A DNA stretch of 64,000 bases from Woeseiaceae bacterium (lineage in GTDB: Bacteria; Pseudomonadota; Gammaproteobacteria; Steroidobacterales; Woeseiaceae). How positions within the stretch are numbered: the stretch's first letter is position 1; every line of letters begins with the position of its first letter. Positions 51,093 through 60,331 of this stretch are shown piece by piece. The notes beneath the pieces were generated by a model. That model was not told where the DNA came from. It did no database searches and was given only the letters and a program-made list of their open reading frames with translations. The stretch spans positions 23,793-87,792 of the forward strand of contig JANQLK010000001.1 in NCBI GenBank assembly GCA_028280615.1. The letters run 5' to 3'. The translations under genes and the position numbers were made by a program.

Positions 51093-52094
51093 ATGGCAAG
51101 GATCGCGATCATTGGCGCCGGACTCGCCGGGCTGCACGTCGCGCGCGAACTCGGCCGCGCGAACGATGTCACCGTGCTCGAAAAGTCGCGCGGCGCCGGC
51201 GGCCGATTGGCAACGCGCCGCGCACTCGACTGGCAGTTCGATCACGGCGCGCAGTTCTTCACGGCGCGCACCCAGGCGTTCAGGACGTTTCTCGAGCCGC
51301 TCGTCGCCGACGGCATCGTGGCGCACTGGCCCGCGCGCTTCGCCGAAATCACGGGCACGGAAATCACCGCCGAGCGGCTGTGGTCCGACGACTACCCTCA
51401 CTACGCAGGCCTCCCCGGAATGAACGCGATCGGCGAGTACCTGGCGGCCGATGTCGACCTCTGCCTCGGCGCGCGTGTCGAACGCCTCGTGCGGAACGCT
51501 GCCGGCTGGTCGCTCCTGTTCGGGGATGGCGGGACAACCGAGAGTTTCGATTGGGTCGTCGTCACGGCGCCCGCGGCGCAGACCGGAAAACTGCTGCCGG
51601 CCGACTCGCCGCTCGCGGAGACCGCGTGCGATGCGCCGATGAGAAGCTGCTTCGCGCTCATGCTCGGCTTCGAATCCTCCCCCGCGCTCTCGTTCGATGC
51701 CGCGCTCGTCCGCGGTCGCGACATCAGCTGGATTTCCGTCGACAGCAGCAAGCCGGGGCGCGGCGGCAAGGCGTCGATCGTCGTTCACGCGACCAATGCG
51801 TGGGCGGATGCCAACCTCGAACGGCCGCTCGACGAGGTTCGCGAGCATATGCTGGGCGAGTTCGAACTCGCGACCGGGTTCGACGCGTCGGACGCCGCAC
51901 ACGTCGACGTGCAGCGCTGGCGCTACGCCAACATCGACAAGCAGGCCGCCAGGCCCGTACAGATCGATGCCTCCCGGCAGCTGGGCATCTGCGGCGACTG
52001 GCTCATTCGCGGACGCGTCGAAAGCGCGTTCACGAGTGCCGAGCGCCTGCTCGCTGCGCTCCAATCAGAGCTATCGGCGGGCGGCGGCCCTTGA
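51093..52094 (+). CDS. NAD(P)/FAD-dependent oxidoreductase (renalase/amine-oxidase-like)
   Basis: 333-aa ORF with the N-terminal dinucleotide fold IAIIGAGLAGLHVARELGRANDVTVLEKSRGAGGRLATR. Confidence 0.75.
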   Translation: MARIAIIGAGLAGLHVARELGRANDVTVLEKSRGAGGRLATRRALDWQFDHGAQFFTARTQAFRTFLEPLVADGIVAHWPARFAEITGTEITAERLWSDDYPHYAGLPGMNAIGEYLAADVDLCLGARVERLVRNAAGWSLLFGDGGTTESFDWVVVTAPAAQTGKLLPADSPLAETACDAPMRSCFALMLGFESSPALSFDAALVRGRDISWISVDSSKPGRGGKASIVVHATNAWADANLERPLDEVREHMLGEFELATGFDASDAAHVDVQRWRYANIDKQAARPVQIDASRQLGICGDWLIRGRVESAFTSAERLLAALQSELSAGGGP

Positions 52095-52194
52095 GCGCCC
52101 CGACCGGGACTCGAACTGGCCGCCCGACTCGCCTACACTGCGCAGGGCTCGACGGCCCGCCCTGCATCATCCCACCGAATCAAGGCACCTCGCC

Positions 52195-52686
52195 ATGTCC
52201 ACCAACAGTTCCGACGCGTCGCTCAGGCAGTGCCTGAGCCACTTCGCAACCGGCGTGACCGTCGTCACCTGCGCCGACGATGCCGGCCGCCCCTGCGGCA
52301 TCACGGCAAACAGTTTCAGCTCGGTGTCACTCGAACCGCCGCTCGTACTCTGGAACATCGCGAAGTCGTCGAACTCGCTGGAAGCGTTCCTCAAGGCGCG
52401 CCATTTCGCGTTTCACGTGCTATCGGAACGGCAGGAGCCACTGTCCGAGCACTTCGCGCGAACCGATCACACGCGCTTCGATCACATCGACTTCGAGATG
52501 TCCGACGAGGGCGTGCCGATCCTCCCCGGCTGCATCGCCGTCATGCGGTGCTCGATCTTCAAGACGCACGACTGCGGCGATCACCACATCATCATCGGCC
52601 GGGTTGAACGCTTCGAATTCGGCGACGGCGACCCGCTGCTCTTTTTTCGCAGCCGCTACCGATCGATTGCCGACGACCGATCCTGA
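52195..52686 (+). CDS. Flavin reductase-domain protein
   Basis: I place the start at ATG 52195, MSTNSSDASLRQCLSHFATGVTVVT. It has GITANSFSSVSLEPPLVLWNI. Confidence 0.85.
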   Translation: MSTNSSDASLRQCLSHFATGVTVVTCADDAGRPCGITANSFSSVSLEPPLVLWNIAKSSNSLEAFLKARHFAFHVLSERQEPLSEHFARTDHTRFDHIDFEMSDEGVPILPGCIAVMRCSIFKTHDCGDHHIIIGRVERFEFGDGDPLLFFRSRYRSIADDRS

Positions 52687-52838
52687 GTGACCAGTCTCGG
52701 GCTTGCGATGAGTCCGCGGCGGAACTTTGCTAAGCTACGGCCCTCACCGATCAAACACCGACGAGCCGCGCCAGCCAGGCGTTTCGGGCTCGCGGGCCGG
52801 CTCGATCCATGCCGGTCGAATACCTGAAGGAGCGCAGC

Positions 52839-53267
52839 ATGAGCCAGGCCAAGTCAGGCGACACCGTCAAGATTCACTACACCGGCACACTCGCCGACGG
52901 CACCGAGTTCGACAGCTCGGCCGGCCGCGACCCGCTGGAGTTCGCGCTCGGCAGCGGCCAGGTCATCCCGGGCTTCGACCGCGCCGTTGACGGCATGGCC
53001 ATTGGCGAGAGCAAGTCGGTCACGATCGAGCCCGAGGACGCCTACGGCGAGCGCCACGAGCAGCTGGTCCAGGAAGTGCCCAGGAGCGCGCTGCCGGACG
53101 ACATGGAGGCCGAGGTCGGCATGCAGCTTCAGAGCCAGTCGCCCGACGGTCAGGTCTTCCAGCTGGTCGTGACGGCCATCGGCGATGACAGCATCACGGT
53201 CGACGGCAATCATCCGCTGGCGGGGCACGCGCTGAACTTCGACATCGAGCTCGTCGCTATCGGCTGA
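52839..53267 (+). CDS. FKBP-type peptidyl-prolyl cis-trans isomerase (SlyD/SlpA-like, with IF insert)
   Basis: I place the start at ATG 52839, preceded by gaagga. It has VKIHYTGTLADGTEFDSS, GSGQVIPGFDRAV and NHPLAGHALNFDIELV. Confidence 0.88.
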   Translation: MSQAKSGDTVKIHYTGTLADGTEFDSSAGRDPLEFALGSGQVIPGFDRAVDGMAIGESKSVTIEPEDAYGERHEQLVQEVPRSALPDDMEAEVGMQLQSQSPDGQVFQLVVTAIGDDSITVDGNHPLAGHALNFDIELVAIG

Positions 53268-55326
53268 GCCCGTCGGCTTTGCTGTCCTCGCGGTACTTCT
53301 CGAACCACGCAAGGATGTGATCGACCTTGGCAATCAGCTGGCTCGGCCGCTTCGCGATGTTGTGTGACGCGCCGGGGACTTCGACCAGCGCCGTGTCGAT
53401 GTCGCGGATCTTGAGCGCACTGTATAGCTGCTTGGCCTCCGACAGCGGTGTACGGCGGTCGTCCGTTCCCACCATGACGAGCGTCGGCGTCTCGATATTG
53501 CCGACCAGCGACACGGGCGAGAACGCCATGTAGTCCTCGATACTCTCCCAGGGCTGGCCCGGATAGCGGTAGTCCGCATAGGCGAAGTAGTTGTCGGCCG
53601 TCAGCGTCTTCGACACCCAGTTCATGACCGGCTTGATCACGGCCGCCGCTTTGAAGCGATTGTTCTTGCCGACGATCCACGCCGTCATGATGCCGCCGGC
53701 GCTGCCGCCCGTAACGTACAGCTGGTCTTCCGACGTCAATCCGCGCTCGATGAGTTCGTCGACGCCGTCCATGACGTCCTGGTAATCGTCGCCCGGGTAG
53801 TCGTGATACAGAAGATTACCGAACGCCTCGCCGTAGCCCGTACTGCCGCGCGGGTTGGGGTAGAAGACGACGTAGCCCGCGCTCGCGTAGAGCTGCAGCT
53901 CGGGCGAAAAACGCGGCCCGTAGTTGGAGATGGGCCCGCCGTGATTCTCGACCAGCAGCGGATAGCGCTTGCCCTCCTCGTAGCCCGGCGGCTTGATGAT
54001 CCAGCCCTGGACGCGGTTGTCGTCGGTCGTCGCCTCGTACCAGATCTCCTCGACGACGCCGAACTCGCGCTGGTTCATGAGGTCTGCGTTGAATGCGGTG
54101 AGCTCGATCGCATCGCCGCGGCCGCGCGACACGAAGGCGAGTTCCGCCGGCCGGTAGGGCGTGACCTGCGTGTAGGCGATGCCGTCGTCGCCGCCAACCG
54201 AGAAACTGCCGCCGCCGTAGGGGCGGCCGATCGTCGTCCCGCCGAGCCGGGTCGCGACGTCGCGGCGATTGCCGCTGAGCGACACGTAGCCGATTCGCGT
54301 ATCGCCCTCGTTGTCGTACTGGAAGTACAGTCCGCCGTTGTCTTCAGCCCAGGCGAGCGCCGACACCGAGCGGTCGAAGTCGCTCATGAGCTCGCGCTTG
54401 CCGCTGCCGTCTGTGTTCATGACGTTGAGCTTCGTGAGCTGGTAGGTCTGGACGCGATCCTCGTAGCTCAGCCAGGCGATGCGCCTGCCGTCGGGCGAGA
54501 CGACCGGGTCGTGGTCCGGACCGTTGCGATCGGTAAGCGCCTCGGTCTCACCGCTGTCGACGTCGACGCGATAGATCTCGGAGTTGCGGTAGTTGCGTTC
54601 CCAGTCGTCGTTGCGGTTTGCCGAGAAGACCAGCGCCTCACCGTCCGCCGTCCAGGCCGGTCTGCCGTCGTGCTGGAAGTCACCGCTCGTGACCTGTCGC
54701 GGCGTGCCGCCGAGCGCGGAAACGACGAACAGGTGCTTGAAGCCGGGCTCGATGTAGCCCGAGCCGTCGCGTTCGTAGTACAGGCGCGTCGTCACGCGCG
54801 GCTCCTCGGCCCACTCGGCGTCTTTCGGTTTCGACGGCGCATCGACGAGTATTGGCGGCTTCTCGGGTACGAGCATCGAGAACGCAAGGTGCCCGCCCGC
54901 CGGCGACCAGCTCAATCCCGCGGGTGAACGATCGAGCTGCGTGAGTCGCGTGAGCTTGCCGCTCTCGACCCAGTAGACGAAGATCTCGCTGCCCTCGTCC
55001 GTGGTGCTCGTGAACGCCACGCGATCGCCGTCCGGCGACCAGGCGGCACCGGACTCGTCCACGTCCCGCCCGGTAAGCGGAACGTTGCCCGAGCCGTCGG
55101 CACCGATCAGCCACAGCCGCGACGCGCTGCCGTCGTTCATGACGTCCATGGAATTGCGCTCGTAGACGATGCGGCGCCCGTCGGGCGAAACGACGGGATT
55201 CGACACCCACTGCAGCGCGAACACGTCCATGCGCTCGAACGGCGTTTGCTCGGCGATGGCGTCGGAGACGGGCAGGGTTGCTACGACGAATGCAGCGACG
55301 AGCAGGATGCGGATTGGGCGGGTCAT
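53257..55326 (-). CDS. Secreted S9-family serine peptidase (beta-propeller + prolyl-oligopeptidase catalytic domain)
   Basis: I place the start at ATG 55326, MTRPIRILLVAAFVVATLPVSDA. It has TolB-like repeats (SPDGRRI, SPDGDRVAF) and the catalytic motif GGSAGGIM. Confidence 0.88.
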   Translation of the reverse strand: MTRPIRILLVAAFVVATLPVSDAIAEQTPFERMDVFALQWVSNPVVSPDGRRIVYERNSMDVMNDGSASRLWLIGADGSGNVPLTGRDVDESGAAWSPDGDRVAFTSTTDEGSEIFVYWVESGKLTRLTQLDRSPAGLSWSPAGGHLAFSMLVPEKPPILVDAPSKPKDAEWAEEPRVTTRLYYERDGSGYIEPGFKHLFVVSALGGTPRQVTSGDFQHDGRPAWTADGEALVFSANRNDDWERNYRNSEIYRVDVDSGETEALTDRNGPDHDPVVSPDGRRIAWLSYEDRVQTYQLTKLNVMNTDGSGKRELMSDFDRSVSALAWAEDNGGLYFQYDNEGDTRIGYVSLSGNRRDVATRLGGTTIGRPYGGGSFSVGGDDGIAYTQVTPYRPAELAFVSRGRGDAIELTAFNADLMNQREFGVVEEIWYEATTDDNRVQGWIIKPPGYEEGKRYPLLVENHGGPISNYGPRFSPELQLYASAGYVVFYPNPRGSTGYGEAFGNLLYHDYPGDDYQDVMDGVDELIERGLTSEDQLYVTGGSAGGIMTAWIVGKNNRFKAAAVIKPVMNWVSKTLTADNYFAYADYRYPGQPWESIEDYMAFSPVSLVGNIETPTLVMVGTDDRRTPLSEAKQLYSALKIRDIDTALVEVPGASHNIAKRPSQLIAKVDHILAWFEKYREDSKADGLSR

Positions 55327-55521
55327 GCGGGCTCCGATGCGATGGGAAGATCGGCAGTGTAACGGCTTGCAGGTCGACGGCGAACTCAGACCTGATCCCC
55401 GGCGACTACGACCGCGACGCCGCAGCTGAGACAGCGCCATTCCGCTTCCGATTAGGTACCAAACTTAAAGTGATTTCTAGTTTAGTTTCCGCGGTAACGC
55501 CGGCGGCGCCGGCTGAGACGG

Positions 55522-56601
55522 CTATTGGACGGGCGTAATCCGGATGACGCTCCCGTTGTCGCTGTCGGTCAGCACGTACAGCGCGCCGTCCGGGCCTGAG
55601 CGGATATCGCGCAGGCGTTCGCCGATCTCCTCGAACACGCGTTCGTCGGCAACGATGCGACCGCCGTCGATTTCGAGGCGCCGCACCGCCCGTTCGACGA
55701 GCGCCGTGACGAACAGGTCGCCCCGCCATTCCGGGAACAGGTCGCCCGAGTAGACGGTCATGCCCGACGGCGCGATCGACGGCGTCCAGACGAGGATCGG
55801 CTGGCGCATGCCGTCGAGCTCCGTGTACGGCGTGATTGCTGCGAACGTGTAGTCGCGACCGTGCGTAATCGCGGGCCAGCCGTAGTTGACGCCGGGTTCG
55901 ACAAGGTTGACCTCGTCGCCGCCGCGCGGACCGTGCTCGTTGAGGTAGATCGTGCCGTCCTCAGTCTGGACGATGCCCTGCGCATTGCGATGACCGAAGG
56001 AATAGATTTCGGGCCGCGCGCCGTGCACTGCCACGAACGGGTTGTCCTCGGGAACCGCACCCGACGACTCGATCCGGATGACCTTGCCGAGATGGCTGTC
56101 GAGTTGCTGCGCCTGCTCGCGATCGTCGAAGCCCTCGCCGACCGTCACGAGCAGCGTCCCGTCGGCCGCGAGCAGCATGCGGCCGCCGTAGTGATGCGGC
56201 GTCGATTTGACCGGGCTCGCCGTGAACAGCACCTCGAGATCGACGAGCGCGGCATCGACCAGCCTCGCGCGCGCCACGCGCGTCGAATTCGCCTTCGCGT
56301 CACCGTGCGCATAGGACAGATAGACGGTCTGGTTGTCGTCGAACCCGGGGTCGGGCAGGACCTCGAACAGACCGCCCTGCCCGGCGACGTAGACGTCCGG
56401 AACACCGGCCACGGGCTCGGGCTCAAGCCGGCCGTCGACGATGCGCCGCAGCCTGCCATCGCGCTCGGTCACGAGCATCGAGCCGTCGGGCAGGAACGCG
56501 AGCGACCACGGGTAGCTCAATCCATCAGCGACGGTCTCATAGCGGACATCGGCGGCCTGCGCGACCGACGCGAACAGAAGCAGCAGCAGAAGGGCGCGCA
56601 T
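55522..56601 (-). CDS. PQQ-dependent soluble sugar dehydrogenase (YliI/sorbosone dehydrogenase family)
   Basis: I place the start at ATG 56601, MRALLLLLLFASVAQA. It has LSYPWSLAFLPDGSMLVTERDGRLR, GHRNAQG and HGPRGGDE. Confidence 0.85.
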   Translation of the reverse strand: MRALLLLLLFASVAQAADVRYETVADGLSYPWSLAFLPDGSMLVTERDGRLRRIVDGRLEPEPVAGVPDVYVAGQGGLFEVLPDPGFDDNQTVYLSYAHGDAKANSTRVARARLVDAALVDLEVLFTASPVKSTPHHYGGRMLLAADGTLLVTVGEGFDDREQAQQLDSHLGKVIRIESSGAVPEDNPFVAVHGARPEIYSFGHRNAQGIVQTEDGTIYLNEHGPRGGDEVNLVEPGVNYGWPAITHGRDYTFAAITPYTELDGMRQPILVWTPSIAPSGMTVYSGDLFPEWRGDLFVTALVERAVRRLEIDGGRIVADERVFEEIGERLRDIRSGPDGALYVLTDSDNGSVIRITPVQ

Positions 56602-57047
56602 CACGGAGCCTCGCCGTCTACCGCCGTAAACCGCGCATATACCCATCCCCCCGCGGCGCCCGCGAGCGTCTGCAGAGTCATCCCGGCGGCGGTTCGCGCG
56701 CCGCCGATCGGCATCAGTCCGAGCTGCCATTCGATGATGTGCAATTCGACCAGGTACGCCGAGCCGCCCGCGAGCACGAACCAGGTGAGTCGCGGCAGCC
56801 GGCCAAGCCGCGACAGGAGGCTCGCTATCACGAACGCCGGCAGCAGGCAGGCCGCCGCGGCCGGCACCAGCACCGCGAGTATCGGCAGGTCGGAGAAGGT
56901 CATGCCGATGCGTGTCGCGAACGGGACGTCGACGCCGATGTCGGCAAGCCCTGCGATTACGACCTGGGTCGAGAACGCCGAGGCCAGCGTCGCGGTGGTC
57001 AGGACGGCGGCAATGAAACCGATCACGATTCGCGAGCTGCGCGGCAT
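56601..57047 (-). CDS. Hypothetical polytopic membrane protein
   Basis: 148-aa ORF with four hydrophobic segments. It shows start/stop overlap with the downstream dehydrogenase gene. Confidence 0.5.
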   Translation of the reverse strand: MPRSSRIVIGFIAAVLTTATLASAFSTQVVIAGLADIGVDVPFATRIGMTFSDLPILAVLVPAAAACLLPAFVIASLLSRLGRLPRLTWFVLAGGSAYLVELHIIEWQLGLMPIGGARTAAGMTLQTLAGAAGGWVYARFTAVDGEAP

Positions 57048-57063
57048 CGAAACATTTTAGCCG

Positions 57064-57645
57064 CTACAGGCTGTCCGTTGCCGTATCCCAGAGGATATAG
57101 GCGCCGACGAGGATCATCGTCGTGCTCGCGAAGCGGTGCGCGAATCGCTGGCCCCTGGGCGATGACGCCAGGGCCCTGCCGGCGCGGCGGGTCAGCGTCA
57201 GCATGAGCACGAGCCAGGCGAGTGCCGCAAGCAGGAAACCCAGCAGTAGCCCGATGCGGCTCGCCCGCGCGGACTCGGCGAACAGCGGCGCGAGCGCCGC
57301 GATCGTGTCGGTGCTGTTGGCGATCAGGAGCGCGGCGATCGTCAGCGCGCCGGTCCCGGATTGGCCCTGCTCGGCAGCCGCCGGGCCCCTGACCGCCAGC
57401 CTGAGGCCCAGTGCGATCGGAACGATGCCCAGGTAGCCGAGCTGTTCGGGCACGATGACCTCCGCCAGCAGCGTGCCCGAAGCCGACAGCGCGAGAACGA
57501 CCGCCGCCGCGATCAGCATGCCGATGGCCGCGGACCGGCGCCGCACCGCATCGGAGCCTGTGCCCACGACGATGACGAGATTGTCCACGTTGGTCGCGGC
57601 GTAGGACAGCATGCCGAGGAAGACCGCCGTGGCCAGCGCGCTCAC
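57064..57645 (-). CDS. CadD-like (cadmium-resistance-transporter family) membrane protein; start uncertain
   Basis: AATNVDNLVIVVG is the N-terminal motif typical of CadD-type proteins, and the ORF has multiple TM helices. I chose GTG 57645; ATG 57612 is also possible. The 5' part of the track ORF overlaps the DUF427 gene. Confidence 0.5.
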   Translation of the reverse strand: MSALATAVFLGMLSYAATNVDNLVIVVGTGSDAVRRRSAAIGMLIAAAVVLALSASGTLLAEVIVPEQLGYLGIVPIALGLRLAVRGPAAAEQGQSGTGALTIAALLIANSTDTIAALAPLFAESARASRIGLLLGFLLAALAWLVLMLTLTRRAGRALASSPRGQRFAHRFASTTMILVGAYILWDTATDSL

Positions 57646-57673
57646 GGCGGCGGCCGGGCGCTGAAACGTCGAG

Positions 57674-58186
57674 CTACCAATGCCCCGTGCCCGGCTCGCC
57701 CTTGACGGGACCGGCGATGTCGCCCGTGATCCAGCCTGCGTAGAAGCCGCCGGGCTGCGGCCGGACCCGCTCATCGCCCAGGTAGCACTCCAGGCGGCCC
57801 GGGTAGAACCCCAGGTAGCCGCGGATAGGCTCGAAGGCGCGTGTCGGCGACTCGTAGCTGAACGCCACGGGTACGGCGGACACGTCGTCGGCGAGGGCCC
57901 AGTAGCTGGCTTCGCCCTTCCATTCGCAGTACGACTGCCCGGCCACGCGCACGAGTACGTCATCGGCTACGTCGGCAGGCGGCAGATAGTAGGTCGGCGG
58001 GCTGGCTGTCTCCAGTACGCGCCGGGCCGTGTCGCTGCGAGCGACCGGCCGTCCGTGACGCTCGATGCGCACCGGGCGCGTCGCATCGGCAATGATCGGC
58101 GGGCGCGGATAGTCCCAGACGGATTCCTGGCCCTCGCCAGGCGTTTCGGCGAAGCTCGGCCGCTTCTGTCCCGTGAACTCCCACAT
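57674..58186 (-). CDS. DUF427-like protein
   Basis: I place the start at ATG 58186, MWEFTGQKRPSFAE. It has YYLPPADV and YCEWKGEASYWAL. Confidence 0.55.
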   Translation of the reverse strand: MWEFTGQKRPSFAETPGEGQESVWDYPRPPIIADATRPVRIERHGRPVARSDTARRVLETASPPTYYLPPADVADDVLVRVAGQSYCEWKGEASYWALADDVSAVPVAFSYESPTRAFEPIRGYLGFYPGRLECYLGDERVRPQPGGFYAGWITGDIAGPVKGEPGTGHW

Positions 58187-58302
58187 AGCGGCCAGAGTGT
58201 AAGACCGGCGGACCGTCGCGGTCGAGCTTCGCCCGGGCATTCGACACGGGGCACTGCGGGCTTGGGCTCGAAAAGCCCGATGCGAGCTGTCGGTAAGACC
58301 CC

Positions 58303-58330
58303 TTGAAGTTCTGCAGCCCGTTCCTATAAT
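58303..58330 (+). promoter_or_regulatory. Candidate sigma70 promoter of the gbsR-cydAB unit
   Basis: TTGAAG (58303-58308), a 16-nt spacer, then TATAAT (58325-58330), about 30 nt upstream of ATG 58361. Confidence 0.55.
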
Positions 58331-58360
58331 TTCAGCAATTCTTGAAACCCGTGAAGTCCA

Positions 58361-58924
58361 ATGAACGTCACTTCGTACCAGCAATCCTTCATCCTGCATT
58401 TCGGCGAAATGGGCAGCCGCTGGGGCATCAACCGCACGGTCGGGCAAATCTACGCCCTGCTCTACCTGAGCGAGGCGCCGCTCAATGCGGATCAGATCTG
58501 CGATGCGCTCGAGATGTCACGTTCCAACGTCAGCATGGGCCTGAAGGAGCTCAAGTCGTGGAACCTCGTGCGGCTGCAGCATTTGCCGGGCGACCGGCGC
58601 GAGTACTTCTCGACGCCCGAGGACACCTGGGAAATCCTGAAGACGCTGGTCGAGGAGCGGCGCAAGCGGGAGATCGACCCCACGCTGAGCATGCTCAGGA
58701 GTTCGCTCATGGACGAGCCCGACAACGAGCGCGATCGCTACGCAACGGCGCGCCTCAACGAGATGCTCGAACTGATCGAACTGCTGACCGGCTGGTTCGA
58801 CGAGATGCAGGACCTCGACCGCGACACCGTCGTCTCGCTGATGAAGCTTGGCGGCGGCGTCAAGAAGCTCATTTCGACCGGCCATCGGCTGCGCGGCAAA
58901 CGCGCGGAATCCAAAACCCATTAA
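58361..58924 (+). CDS. GbsR/MarR-family transcriptional regulator
   Basis: 187-aa ORF. FGEMGSRWGINRTVGQIYALLYLSEAPLNADQICDALEMSRSNVSMGLKELKSWNLV is a winged helix-turn-helix. Confidence 0.8.
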   Translation: MNVTSYQQSFILHFGEMGSRWGINRTVGQIYALLYLSEAPLNADQICDALEMSRSNVSMGLKELKSWNLVRLQHLPGDRREYFSTPEDTWEILKTLVEERRKREIDPTLSMLRSSLMDEPDNERDRYATARLNEMLELIELLTGWFDEMQDLDRDTVVSLMKLGGGVKKLISTGHRLRGKRAESKTH

Positions 58925-58942
58925 TTCACCGGACACCTGTCT

Positions 58943-60331
58943 ATGGACCTGACCGACGCGCTGATGCTGTCGCGTATCCAGTTCGCCGCGAACATCAGCT
59001 TTCACATCCTGTTTCCGATGATCTCGATCTCGCTGACCTGGATGCTCTTGTTCTTCAAGCTGCGCTTCAACGCGACCGGCGATAGCAAGTGGATGAACGC
59101 CTACCGCCTGTGGGTGAAGGTGTTCGCGCTGACGTTTGCCCTCGGCGTGGTGAGCGGCGTGACGATGAGCTTCCAGTTCGGCACCAACTGGCCCGGCTTC
59201 ATGGAGAAAGTCGGCAACGTCGCGGGTCCGCTGCTCGCGTACGAAGTCCTGACCGCGTTCTTCCTCGAGGCGACTTTCTTAAGCATCATGCTGTTCGGCT
59301 TCAAGCGCGTGAGCAATCGAATACACACGCTCGCGACGGCGCTGGTCGCCGTCGGCACGACGCTGTCGGCGTTCTTCATTCTGTCGCTGAATTCGTGGAT
59401 GCACACGCCGGTCGGCTTCGAGATCCGCGACGGCATCGTGCACGGCACGGACTGGTTCGCGATCCTGTTCAATCCGTCGTTCGGCTACCGCTTCGTGCAC
59501 TCGATGATCGCCTCGTTCCTGACCGTGGCCTTCCTGATGACCGGCCTGTCGGCCTATCGCCTGCTGCGCGGCGACCGAACGCCCGCCGTGGCGGCGACGC
59601 TGCGCGTCGGCCTCGTGCTGGCCGCGGTGCTCACGCCGCTGCAGATCGTTGCCGGCGACCTGCACGGCCTCAACACGCTCGAGCACCAGCCGGCGAAGGT
59701 CGCGGCGATGGAGGGACTTTGGGAAACCCGGGAGGGCGCACCGCTGGTCCTGTTCGGTCTGCCCGACGCTGACACTCGGAGCAATCGTTTCGCCATCGAG
59801 ATCCCGAAGCTCGCGTCGCTGATCCTGACCCACGATCCGGACGGCGTCGTCGAGGGCATCGACGCCTTCGAGGACCAGCATCCACCCGTTGCCGCCGTGT
59901 TCTGGTCGTTCCGGATCATGGTCGGCACGGGACTCCTGATGCTGCTCGTCGCATGGCTCGGCGTTTACTTCACGCGCCGGGGCTCACACCCGCCACGCTG
60001 GCTGAACCGCACGCTCGTCGCGATGACGTTCTCGGGCTGGGTAGCGGTCCTGAGCGGCTGGTACACCACCGAGATCGGCCGCCAGCCGTATCTCGTTGCC
60101 GGTGTGCTGCGGACGTCCGACGCGGTCACGGCCGTACCGGCCGCGAACATCGGCACGACACTGGCGATCTACCTGACGCTGTACGCGGTGCTCATCGTGG
60201 CCTACATCTCGGTCGTTTTTTATCTGGCGAGGCAGGCCGGCAGCGCGGGCGCGAAAGCGGCCGAGCCCGTCGCGCATGGCCCGGGCGTCCTGCCGTCCGG
60301 CGCAGCCGCGAGCGCTTACGACGATGCTTGA
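58943..60331 (+). CDS. cydA: Cytochrome bd-type quinol oxidase subunit I (short Q-loop, CIO-like)
   Basis: 462-aa ORF with LSRIQFAANISFHILFP, GNVAGPLLAYEVLTAFFLEATFL and WYTTEIGRQPY. Confidence 0.92.
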   Translation: MDLTDALMLSRIQFAANISFHILFPMISISLTWMLLFFKLRFNATGDSKWMNAYRLWVKVFALTFALGVVSGVTMSFQFGTNWPGFMEKVGNVAGPLLAYEVLTAFFLEATFLSIMLFGFKRVSNRIHTLATALVAVGTTLSAFFILSLNSWMHTPVGFEIRDGIVHGTDWFAILFNPSFGYRFVHSMIASFLTVAFLMTGLSAYRLLRGDRTPAVAATLRVGLVLAAVLTPLQIVAGDLHGLNTLEHQPAKVAAMEGLWETREGAPLVLFGLPDADTRSNRFAIEIPKLASLILTHDPDGVVEGIDAFEDQHPPVAAVFWSFRIMVGTGLLMLLVAWLGVYFTRRGSHPPRWLNRTLVAMTFSGWVAVLSGWYTTEIGRQPYLVAGVLRTSDAVTAVPAANIGTTLAIYLTLYAVLIVAYISVVFYLARQAGSAGAKAAEPVAHGPGVLPSGAAASAYDDA

